Assembly (NCBI GenBank): GCA_964487605.1
Contig: CAZARU010000014.1
Coordinates: 2,495 to 66,494 of the forward strand
Direction: 5' to 3'
Source of the DNA: an uncultured Polyangiaceae bacterium
GTDB lineage: Bacteria > Myxococcota_A > Polyangia > Polyangiales > Polyangiaceae
Length of the DNA stretch: 64,000 bases
The number at the start of each line of letters is the position of its first letter. The stretch's first letter is position 1. A program made the position numbers and the translations under genes. Below, one piece after another: positions 45,078 through 53,002 of the stretch. The notes beneath the pieces are model-generated. The model saw only the letters and a program-made list of their open reading frames with translations, was not told the origin of the DNA and made no database searches.

Positions 45078-47412
45078 CGTTGCCCGAGCCGAGCTCGGTC
45101 AAGGCGCGGTCGAGCGCTGCGACGAGCAACCGCGCATCGATGGCGTCGAACGGGAGAGGGGGCTTGATCTTCAGCACGTTGCGTCGAGGACCGTCACGAC
45201 TCAGGAGCACGCCCGCGCGTCGGCAGTGCTCCACGACGGAGGCGGCGAGATCCGTCGCCGGAGTCTTCGCTCGGCGATCCGCAACGAGCTCCACGCCGAC
45301 GTAGAGACCGAGCCCCCTGACGTCACCGATGGTCGGGTGCCGGTCCGCCAGGGCCGCCAGGAGCTCGAGCAGCCCGGCGCCGGTGCGTGCCGCATGCTCG
45401 GGCAGCCCCTCGGCCGACAGTGCGTCGAGCACCGCGAGCGCGACGGCGCACGACACGGGATTGCCACCGAAGGTGTTGAAGTACTCCATGCCGTCGGCGA
45501 ACGCGTCGGCAATGGCTCTCGTCGTCACGACGGCGCCCACGGGGTGCCCGTTGCCCATGGGTTTTCCGAGGGTGACGATGTCGGGCAAAGCGCCCTGCTC
45601 CGCGAAAGCCCAGAAGCTCGGACCCACACGGCCGAAGCCGCACTGGACCTCGTCGGCGACCGCGACGCCGCCGGCTTCACGAACCAGCTCGAAGGCGCGA
45701 GCCAGGTAGCCCGGCGGAGGGACGACCTGACCGGCGCAGCCCGGTAGCGACTCCGCGAAGAGCGCCGCGATTCCGGCCCCGCCGGCAGCCGCTCGTTCGA
45801 GCGCGGCTCGAACGTGATGCTCGGCGAAGGCCGGACCGCCCACGCCTGCGGCGTCGCGATACGGGTCCGGACACGCCGTGACGTGCACCCAAGGTGCCCG
45901 CCCGGAGCCGCCCGGACCGTCGAACTTGTACGGCGACAGCTCCACCAGCGACGTCGTGTTGCCGTGATAGGCGTGATCGAGCACCAGGACGTCGCGCCGA
46001 CCCGTCGCCTTGCGCGCGAGACGCAGCGCCAGCTCGTTCGCCTCGCTCCCGCTGCACACGAAGAAGCAGACCTGCAGGTGATCGGGAAGCTTGGCCAGGA
46101 GCCTTTCGGCGAGGCGCAGCACGTTGTCGTGCAGGTACCGGGTGTTCGTGTTCAGGGTCGCCATCTGCTTCGCACCGGCGGCGACGGTGCCGGGGTGGCA
46201 GTGCCCGACGTGGCAGACGTTGTTGACGCCATCGAGGCTCGCCCAGCCATGCTCGTCGAAGAGGTACTGCGCAGCGCCTCGCACGACGTGCAGCGGCTCC
46301 TCGTAGGACAACCCCAGGTTCGACCCGAGCACCCGACGTCGAGCGGCCGCGAGCTCGGCGGCGGACCTTCGCCGCGTCTGCGAACGTGTCACCCCGCAGT
46401 GCGTGCCCACGCGTTCGACGATCTCCGCGGGCGAGATCGCCGCGAGCGTCGAGAGGAGCTCCCAGGCCGGCGCCTCGCTCACGAAGGCGTACTCCGCGGC
46501 GTGGTCCTGGCGCGCGGCCAGCGCCGCCGAGACCACGGTCACGGCGGCGCGCATTCGAACCGCATCACCGAACACCTCGATCTCGACGGACGCGAGCGGC
46601 GAGACCGAGTGATAGCCGGCCGCGACCTCGGCCAGGGCGTCCACCGGATCGTCGGGCCGATGAAAGGCCGCGTAGGTCGCGGCGATGGCCGGGTCGAACA
46701 CGCGACACGTCTGAACCATGTCGCCGAAGTCGATGAGGCCGGTGGGAACGCCGTCGGAGACGAGGACGTTGTGGTCGTTCGCATCGCCGTGGACGAGTCC
46801 CTGCGGTAGGTCACGGATGCGCGTTGCCACGCTCGCGCGGAACTGCAGCAGCGCCCTCTCGACGAGCGCTCGCCGGGCGGGATCGCCGATGGCGTCGAGC
46901 GCGCCCGCAGTCCACTCCGCTCGGCGAAGGTCCCACTGCAACGTCCGGTGGCGCCGCGGGTGCTCGAGCCCATCCAGCCCTGACCCGACTTCGGCGAGCC
47001 CTGCCCCGAGTCGGCGCAGCGCCCTGCCGGAGAGACGGCCCTGGACGGCCATGAGCGTGCCCGGGAGGAACGTCACGACGCGTGCAGCACGCTCGCCAAG
47101 CGAGCAGGTGACGCGCGCGTGGAGTCGCCCATCGGACGTCGCGACGACCGCGGGGGTCGCGAGCGAGGCGGCACGCGTGGCCAGCCGCGCCAGCGCTGCG
47201 CACTCGAGGTCGACGTCGTGGGGGTCGGCGTCCGGGTGGACGAGCTTGAGGACGTAGGATCGCTCTCCGCAGTCGATGGCGAAGTTCTGGTCGGCGTACC
47301 CGTCGAGCCTGGCGGCCCGCCCGTCGAGGCCGAAGTGCTCACGTGCGAGGCGAGCAGCCTCCTCGGCACCGACGACACCCCCGGTCGCGGCGATGGCGGG
47401 TCCCGTCTGCAC
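45067..47412 (-). CDS. fusion of APH-type (aminoglycoside/hydroxylysine-kinase-like) phosphotransferase and class-III PLP aminotransferase-fold enzyme of the AGXT2L phospho-lyase type
   Basis: N-terminal half: HGDANDHNVLV and IDFGD. C-terminal half: NNVCHVGHCHP, NTNTRYLHDN, SGSEANELALRLAR, LDHAYHGN, DEVQCGFGRVG and TLGKPMGNGHP (PLP Lys). GTG at 47412 lies 2 nt after the upstream stop. The track ORF over-extends to 47778. Confidence 0.85.
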   Translation of the reverse strand: MQTGPAIAATGGVVGAEEAARLAREHFGLDGRAARLDGYADQNFAIDCGERSYVLKLVHPDADPHDVDLECAALARLATRAASLATPAVVATSDGRLHARVTCSLGERAARVVTFLPGTLMAVQGRLSGRALRRLGAGLAEVGSGLDGLEHPRRHRTLQWDLRRAEWTAGALDAIGDPARRALVERALLQFRASVATRIRDLPQGLVHGDANDHNVLVSDGVPTGLIDFGDMVQTCRVFDPAIAATYAAFHRPDDPVDALAEVAAGYHSVSPLASVEIEVFGDAVRMRAAVTVVSAALAARQDHAAEYAFVSEAPAWELLSTLAAISPAEIVERVGTHCGVTRSQTRRRSAAELAAARRRVLGSNLGLSYEEPLHVVRGAAQYLFDEHGWASLDGVNNVCHVGHCHPGTVAAGAKQMATLNTNTRYLHDNVLRLAERLLAKLPDHLQVCFFVCSGSEANELALRLARKATGRRDVLVLDHAYHGNTTSLVELSPYKFDGPGGSGRAPWVHVTACPDPYRDAAGVGGPAFAEHHVRAALERAAAGGAGIAALFAESLPGCAGQVVPPPGYLARAFELVREAGGVAVADEVQCGFGRVGPSFWAFAEQGALPDIVTLGKPMGNGHPVGAVVTTRAIADAFADGMEYFNTFGGNPVSCAVALAVLDALSAEGLPEHAARTGAGLLELLAALADRHPTIGDVRGLGLYVGVELVADRRAKTPATDLAASVVEHCRRAGVLLSRDGPRRNVLKIKPPLPFDAIDARLLVAALDRALTELGSGNVKG

Positions 47413-47414
47413 GC

Positions 47415-48125
47415 TCAGGCCCCGCCGACGAGCGCGGCGGCCTGCGCGAAGTCGCCATCCTCGACGGCTCCCTGCTGGACGCACCGGACCTTCCCGGCCG
47501 GGTCCAGCAGCACGTGAACGGGAAGCTCCGGATCGGGCGCCACGCCGAGTCGAGGGAGCCAGTCCTCGCGTTCCTTGCCCTCTCTCAGCCAGTAGGACGC
47601 GCGCGCGCCCACCGGCGCCGCCAGCAGCGATTCGCGAAGCTGACGCGCGTCGTCGTCGATGGACACGAACGTCAACCTGAACGGCTTGCCCTGGGTCGTC
47701 AGCTCGCGCTGCCACGCGATCAGCCGCGGCATCTCTTCCTTGCAGGGCTTGCACCAGGCGGCCCAGAAGTTGATCCACGTCCAGCGGCCACCACCCACCT
47801 CGACCGCCTCCGGCAGCGGCGCGGCGTCCGGTGCGTTCACGCGGCCGATGACGGTGTCCGGCACGGACTTGTCGGAGCCGGGGCGCCCCCGCTCGCAGAG
47901 CTTGGGGCGGCGCTCCGCTCCGCGCGCGACCGACGCGCCGGGAACGGCGGAAGCCCGCGACGGAGGCGTTGGGGCCGCGCCGGGACTCGCGGCGACGGCC
48001 TGGCTGCGCGCGCGCGTCGTCGTGGCGGACGGCTCTGCCTTCTCGCAGCCGAGCATTGCGGCGGCGGAGGTCGCGAGGACGGCGACCATCAGCGCGGAAA
48101 GGCAGGGCCGAGGCTCAGAGGTCAT
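47415..48125 (-). CDS. TlpA/ResA-like thioredoxin-fold lipoprotein
   Basis: Lipobox-like AAMLGC. Trx motif FWAAWCKPC. Its ATG overlaps the stop of the upstream gene (ATGA). Confidence 0.8.
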   Translation of the reverse strand: MTSEPRPCLSALMVAVLATSAAAMLGCEKAEPSATTTRARSQAVAASPGAAPTPPSRASAVPGASVARGAERRPKLCERGRPGSDKSVPDTVIGRVNAPDAAPLPEAVEVGGGRWTWINFWAAWCKPCKEEMPRLIAWQRELTTQGKPFRLTFVSIDDDARQLRESLLAAPVGARASYWLREGKEREDWLPRLGVAPDPELPVHVLLDPAGKVRCVQQGAVEDGDFAQAAALVGGA

Positions 48126-48820
48126 AGGCGACAATCCACCCAGGACACGAAGGCGGTCTGGTTGATGGACGCGTCGGTGCACTTCGCGGTGGGCTTCGAG
48201 TTGGGCCACTCGCAGAACTCCTTCGGGAGCTGAGCGAACTCCTCCCCGAGCCACAAGAGCCCCACTCTCCGTTCCAGGTCCTGCTCTCCGGTGGACTCCT
48301 TCAGGTGGAACATCACGGAGTTCGCACGCCGGTGGGAGAGCGCGCGGTTCTTCGACGAATCTCCCGATTGCGATGCGCGCCCCACGACGAAGAAGTACCG
48401 GGCACCCTTGCGGGCGAGCCAGGTTTCGTCGAGGAGCTTCCTGGCGGCGGTGTCGATCTCGTCCCTGCCCGTGTCGAACTTCAGGATGGCACCACGACTC
48501 CTGAGGGGCGAGAACAAGGCGTTGAAGTCCTCGTCGTCGATGGAAGCGAAGTTCTTGACGTCCGAAGGCTTGCAGCCACGCCGCGCGTTGCCCTCTCCGA
48601 GCAGACCGCAGGAATGCAGGACGCGCTCCAGCACCTCCTTGAACTTCGGCGTGCAGTAGGCCGCTTCCGCGTGGTCGGCCACCGCCACCTTCGGCTTCGC
48701 GGCGTCGGGCTCCTCGAGGCGACGCCCCGCCTCCTTCACGCTGGCCCGCACCCCGAACGACGCGGAGGTGATGAGCGCCAGCAGAGTGAAGAGGCCCGCG
48801 GCGGCCGGCGCGCGGATCAC
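48122..48820 (-). CDS. OmpA C-terminal-like domain protein with N-terminal anchor
   Basis: A hydrophobic N-terminus (AAAGLFTLLALITSASF) and an OmpA_C-like block (FDTGRDEI...FFVVGRASQSGDSSKNRALSHRRANSV). GTG at 48820 lies 10 nt after the upstream stop. Confidence 0.7.
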   Translation of the reverse strand: MIRAPAAAGLFTLLALITSASFGVRASVKEAGRRLEEPDAAKPKVAVADHAEAAYCTPKFKEVLERVLHSCGLLGEGNARRGCKPSDVKNFASIDDEDFNALFSPLRSRGAILKFDTGRDEIDTAARKLLDETWLARKGARYFFVVGRASQSGDSSKNRALSHRRANSVMFHLKESTGEQDLERRVGLLWLGEEFAQLPKEFCEWPNSKPTAKCTDASINQTAFVSWVDCRL

Positions 48821-48830
48821 GGCGTCTCCG

Positions 48831-50096
48831 TCATCGCAGGACCTCCGGCGCGAGCTGGCCGAGGGTGTAAACGAGACCCAGGTCGGTATCCTCTTCGCAC
48901 ACGCGCGTGGTACCCACGAACATCTGTGGCGTGGAGACCGGGATCGAATTGTCCGTCGCAAAGTGCAGGTGACGGTTGAGTCGTTGCTTGGTTTCCTTCG
49001 ACGATGCGCACTTCACGAGCTCGTCGCCCCAGCGGCGCCGCACCACCTCCTCGAGGGTGGCGACGTCTTGCTTGCCGGCTCGCGCGAGGACGTCTTGCTC
49101 CGCGTAGGCCCACTCCAGCACTTCGAGCGCACGCTCCTTCCCGCACAGCACCGCACGGGAAAGAGCGCAAGCGCCGGGGTGAAAGGCGCGGTCGAGCATC
49201 CAGTTGCACTCGCCGTCGAGAGGAAACATCACGAGCGTGACGTCGAGCTTCGGGTAAATGCCCTCCGCCACGAGACGCTCGTGGAACGCCTTGCAGGTCG
49301 GGCAGAGAGGATCCTCGAACAGCGTCACGGCCTGCACGGCGCGCGACCCGCCGAAACGAAGGAGCGCACCGTGCTCGTCCGTCGGCTTTCCCAGGGAGCC
49401 ACAGGTCCGAAGGTGCGCCCGATGGTCCGGGAGGGACTGGGTGTAGGCGATCGCAGGCAAGAGCGTCGTGACGCCGAGCACGACGAGCCACACCAGCGGG
49501 AAGACGACGCCGAGGACCGGACGGCCCGTCGGGGCTCGGGCCGGGGCGTCCCAGGGCTCGCCCGGCAGCGTGCCCGACGGACCCGACGCCTCGACCGACC
49601 GCCGGATCGTCAGCAGCCCTGCGAGCCCGCCGAGAGCCAGAACGAACGACGCGACGTAGATGCCGACGCACGTCTTGCAGAACGTTCCGAGCTTCGTCAG
49701 GGAGATCACGAACATGACGCCCGACGCGACGAGCGGTGAGAACGAAACCACCGCGAAGAAGCCGACGGCCTTCCGGGGCGCCCCCCGCCCGGCCAGCAGC
49801 AGGTAGATCGCGAACGCCGCGAAGAACGCGAACGCACCGAGCGCGAACAGCGAGATGGGCACCCCCCCCCAGTACTGCTCCTTCAAGAGTGCCGAGTACG
49901 GGCTGTACATCGCCGCGCGACACGCCTCCGCATCGTCGGTGGCCGCAGCGCCGGGCACGAAGCTGCAGTGCAGGTCGTGCAGCTTCCGATCGAGATGCGA
50001 CGCGTAGTCCGCGGTCGACGTCCACGCGAAGACCAGGCCGAGCACCGCGCCAACCAGCGCGACGCTCGAGGGGATGCGAGAGTTCGAGCCGAACAT
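48831..50096 (-). CDS. VKOR-family quinone reductase fused to DsbA/thioredoxin-like domain (disulfide-bond formation)
   Basis: Four to five TM helices, a loop Cys pair (LHCSF...EACR) and a membrane CxxC (FCKTCVGIY). The C-terminal Trx-like domain carries LCPTC. Confidence 0.85.
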   Translation of the reverse strand: MFGSNSRIPSSVALVGAVLGLVFAWTSTADYASHLDRKLHDLHCSFVPGAAATDDAEACRAAMYSPYSALLKEQYWGGVPISLFALGAFAFFAAFAIYLLLAGRGAPRKAVGFFAVVSFSPLVASGVMFVISLTKLGTFCKTCVGIYVASFVLALGGLAGLLTIRRSVEASGPSGTLPGEPWDAPARAPTGRPVLGVVFPLVWLVVLGVTTLLPAIAYTQSLPDHRAHLRTCGSLGKPTDEHGALLRFGGSRAVQAVTLFEDPLCPTCKAFHERLVAEGIYPKLDVTLVMFPLDGECNWMLDRAFHPGACALSRAVLCGKERALEVLEWAYAEQDVLARAGKQDVATLEEVVRRRWGDELVKCASSKETKQRLNRHLHFATDNSIPVSTPQMFVGTTRVCEEDTDLGLVYTLGQLAPEVLR

Positions 50097-50181
50097 GGGT
50101 TGCGTCTCTCAGGCGCGGACAGAGTGCCCCATGCCGCTCGCACGTCAAGTCTCCCCTTCGTGGTAGTCTCGCAGCTCACGC

Positions 50182-52101
50182 ATGGCGGACGACGAGCGGC
50201 CCCTGTCGAAGAACGTGCGCACGAGCCTCGTGGACTCGGGCTGGGAAGGCGGATCCGATGACGCGCTTCCCACGTTCATCGACGAGCCCACCGCGGGCGC
50301 GGCGACGTACGCTTTCATTTCCTCGGACGACGAGGCCACGCGGGTCGCGCCGGCGGACTCGGGTGACGAAGCGACGGCGCATGGTGGCGACGAGCGCACG
50401 AAGCTGGCCACACCGGGCGCGCGCGCACCGCTACCCCCTTCGGTTCCCGACGACGAGGCCACGTTCGCGAGCGTGCCCGACGATCTGCCGCCGCCACCGC
50501 CCAAGCGCGAATCCCACGAACCCGTGAAGGTCAGGCCGCAGCCGGTCACATTCAGAGACGCAGAAGACAGCCTGTTTCGGCCGCACCACCTCCCGCCGCC
50601 GGATCGGCGGCACGAGAAGGAAAGCTGGCGTCCGGCCCCGGTCGGGGTGGAGCGCGCGCACCCGCCCCCTCCATCGTTCCCCGCGGCGCCCGCCGTCGCG
50701 CCGCCGCCACCACGACGGCCGCCACCTCCGAGCGTTCGGCCGCCGCCACCGAGCCGGCGGCCCCCACCGCCGAGTCAGAGGCCGCCAGCGCCCGAGCGAC
50801 CGGCACCGGCGAACCAGCGCGCCCTGCCACCACCGACCGGTGCGGGGTCGCTCGCCGCACTCGCTCGCGAGCACGCAACGGACTCGTCACCCGTCGTATC
50901 TCCCCGCGCGACGAACGAGCCGACCGCTGGCCTCGACTCCGCGGCGCTAGCACTCGGCGGCGGCGCGATGCCTCCGCCTCCGCCGCTTGCACCGTCCAAC
51001 GCGGGCGTCGCTCCACCACCGCCGCCGACGGGCGAGTTGCCCACACCGGCGCTCGCGCCGGCCCCGCGCACCGCACCCTCGACATCTGCCGTGCGGACCG
51101 AAGCGGTCGAGGTCGAACCCGACGGTCCGGAGTCCCGCTCGCCCGACTCGACCGATCCGCCGGCGCGCCCGCGCCCGTCATTCGCGCCCGAACCCCCCCC
51201 GAGCGGAGTGGCCGCGTTCCGCCAGCCGGTCTCCATCGGCGGCTTCAGGATGCCCGTATGGCTGCTCCTCGCCGGAGGAGCTGCCGCGTTCGTCTTCGTG
51301 GCGATCGCGGGCACCCTGGTCCTGTCGCTGACAGGCAGCTCGTCGCCCTCGGCGACATCGAAGGAGTCCGAAGCCGCGAGGAGCGCCGTACCGCTTCCCG
51401 CCGCGAGCGCGGCACCGCCGACGTCACCCACGGACTCCCCGCGGGGGAGCGAGCCGGAGCCACCGGCGGGAACCGTGGAGGCCGCGGCGCAGGGCGACGC
51501 GCAGGCCCTCGCAGCCATCGAAGCGAAGCCCGCCACGAAGCGAACGTTGCAGGAGGTGCTCGCCCTGGGCCAAGGCCGGACCACGGCGAAGCGTTCCGAA
51601 CTCGCGAAGCTCGGCGACGCGTTGAAGAAGGAGCCGGCGCTGCTCGAGCAAGGCGAAGCTGCCCGTCGGCTCCGGGTCGCGGCCGACGACCGCGACGTCG
51701 CCGCGGCGGCCCTCGAGATCATGGCGACGGTCGAGCACGCTTCGGGCCCGGACCTGCTCTACGACGTGTGGATCAGGACGCGCGGAAAAACGGCGACCAC
51801 CGAGGTCGCCGAAGCGCTGGTCTTCGTCCCTTCGGTCCGCAAGCGTGCCTCGCCAGCCCTGGCCACCGCCTTGGACCTGCGGGCTGCCGAGAGCTGCGAG
51901 GAGACTCTGGCCGCGGTGAAGAAGGCCGTGCAGCACGGTGACGGCCGCTCCCTGCTGCTGCTGGGCAGGCTCGCCGGGAAGACGGGTTGCGGGGACAGAA
52001 AGACCGAGGACTGCTACCCGTGCCTGCGAGAGGGTGACGCCAAGAACGAACTGCGCGACGCCGTCAAGGCGGTGCGTGGCCGCCCGGCGCCGCGCTTCTG
52101 A
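50182..52101 (+). CDS. proline-rich single-pass membrane protein with helical C-terminal domain, unknown function
   Basis: An acidic N-terminus and long Pro-rich region, one TM helix (VWLLLAGGAAAFVFVAIAGTLVLSL), and an Ala/Leu-rich helical ectodomain ending in a CxxC-like CGDRKTEDCYPC. Confidence 0.65.
   Translation: MADDERPLSKNVRTSLVDSGWEGGSDDALPTFIDEPTAGAATYAFISSDDEATRVAPADSGDEATAHGGDERTKLATPGARAPLPPSVPDDEATFASVPDDLPPPPPKRESHEPVKVRPQPVTFRDAEDSLFRPHHLPPPDRRHEKESWRPAPVGVERAHPPPPSFPAAPAVAPPPPRRPPPPSVRPPPPSRRPPPPSQRPPAPERPAPANQRALPPPTGAGSLAALAREHATDSSPVVSPRATNEPTAGLDSAALALGGGAMPPPPPLAPSNAGVAPPPPPTGELPTPALAPAPRTAPSTSAVRTEAVEVEPDGPESRSPDSTDPPARPRPSFAPEPPPSGVAAFRQPVSIGGFRMPVWLLLAGGAAAFVFVAIAGTLVLSLTGSSSPSATSKESEAARSAVPLPAASAAPPTSPTDSPRGSEPEPPAGTVEAAAQGDAQALAAIEAKPATKRTLQEVLALGQGRTTAKRSELAKLGDALKKEPALLEQGEAARRLRVAADDRDVAAAALEIMATVEHASGPDLLYDVWIRTRGKTATTEVAEALVFVPSVRKRASPALATALDLRAAESCEETLAAVKKAVQHGDGRSLLLLGRLAGKTGCGDRKTEDCYPCLREGDAKNELRDAVKAVRGRPAPRF
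50701..50802 (+). repeat. short in-frame polyproline repeats (PPPP-[SR]-x-R, about 4 copies)
   Basis: Translated sequence is PPPPRRPPPPSVRPPPPSRRPPPPSQRPPAP. Confidence 0.6.
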
Positions 52102-52119
52102 GGCTTCCCATCCGAGGTG

Positions 52120-52848
52120 TCATCGGCGCTTCGGGGTGAACGCCATGGGGGCGAACCTCTTGAGCAGCTCCACGACCTGATCGATGCGCTCATCGTCGCG
52201 GCGCACGATCTTCTCGAACGCAAGCCCACCGAACAAGGCGAGGATGGCGGTCCAGGCGAGATCGAACACCTCCGAAGCCTCCGGCTGTTCCTTGAAGAAC
52301 TCGTTGAAGGTGCGATCGACCGACTCGTCGAAGCGACGGTTGAGTTCGATGATCACGTCGCGAAGTTCCGGATCCGTGCGCGCGGCGACGACGAGCTCCA
52401 TGTAGGCGTAGTAGGTCGGGCCGGACATGATCTTCCAGAGCAAGTCGAGGGCCTCCACCGCGACGTTCGCGTCGGGCGGCAACGACGAGAGCACCGATCG
52501 GAACTCGCTGACACGGCGCTCGAACAGATGCTCCATGGCCGCGACGACGAGCTGCGGCTTGTTGCCGAAGTGATGGAGCTGGGCGCCACGCGAAAGGCCA
52601 GCCCGGTCGGCGACGACCGTCGTGGTGGTGTTCGCGTAGCCGAGTTCGGCCAGGCACTCGACGGTGACGTCCAGAAGGAGATTGCGCGTCTCGAGCCGTC
52701 GCTCCTCCTGGGTCCGCCGACGACGCCGGTTCCCCTTGGGTTGCCCGAGGCCATCTGCCACGGTCGTCAGCCTGCCCGCACGCCGTCCTTGTAGTTCGGA
52801 GCGCGCGCACCGCCAACAGAAATGCCCGACGGCCGACCCGCGCGGCAC
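52120..52848 (-). CDS. TetR/AcrR family transcriptional regulator
   Basis: The HTH region LLDVTVECLAELGYANTTTTVVADRAGLSRGAQLHHFGNK. The start is uncertain, with an alternative GTG at 52761. Confidence 0.85.
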   Translation of the reverse strand: MPRGSAVGHFCWRCARSELQGRRAGRLTTVADGLGQPKGNRRRRRTQEERRLETRNLLLDVTVECLAELGYANTTTTVVADRAGLSRGAQLHHFGNKPQLVVAAMEHLFERRVSEFRSVLSSLPPDANVAVEALDLLWKIMSGPTYYAYMELVVAARTDPELRDVIIELNRRFDESVDRTFNEFFKEQPEASEVFDLAWTAILALFGGLAFEKIVRRDDERIDQVVELLKRFAPMAFTPKRR

Positions 52849-53002
52849 GTTTCATGTCATTCTCGACTTCGATGCCGCAGCGCCGTTCGGCTCACCGACT
52901 CCGAGTACCGCGCGCCCGCTCGGGCGAGAGCCGAGCGACGCCCGGCGTCCGCGCGACCGGGCCGTCGCGACGCGGAGCCTCGAGGGAAGACGGACTGCCC
53001 CG

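Noticed and set aside
49862-49870. Run of 9 C (G9 on the coding strand) inside the VKOR-DsbA gene, considered as a slipped-strand phase-variation site.
   Set aside because: Similar 8-9-nt C/G runs occur elsewhere in the window (about 19636, 41896, 51193), both in ordinary coding and intergenic contexts. They encode Gly-Gly or Pro-Pro and seem to be a compositional by-product.
52849-53002. Short GC palindromes (GACGCC-C-GGCGTC, GCGAC-N6-GTCGC) in the TetR/ATPase divergent spacer, considered as annotated TetR operators.
   Set aside because: Palindromes with 5-6-bp arms are expected by chance at this GC content. They are mentioned only as candidates within the ATPase finding, not called as features.
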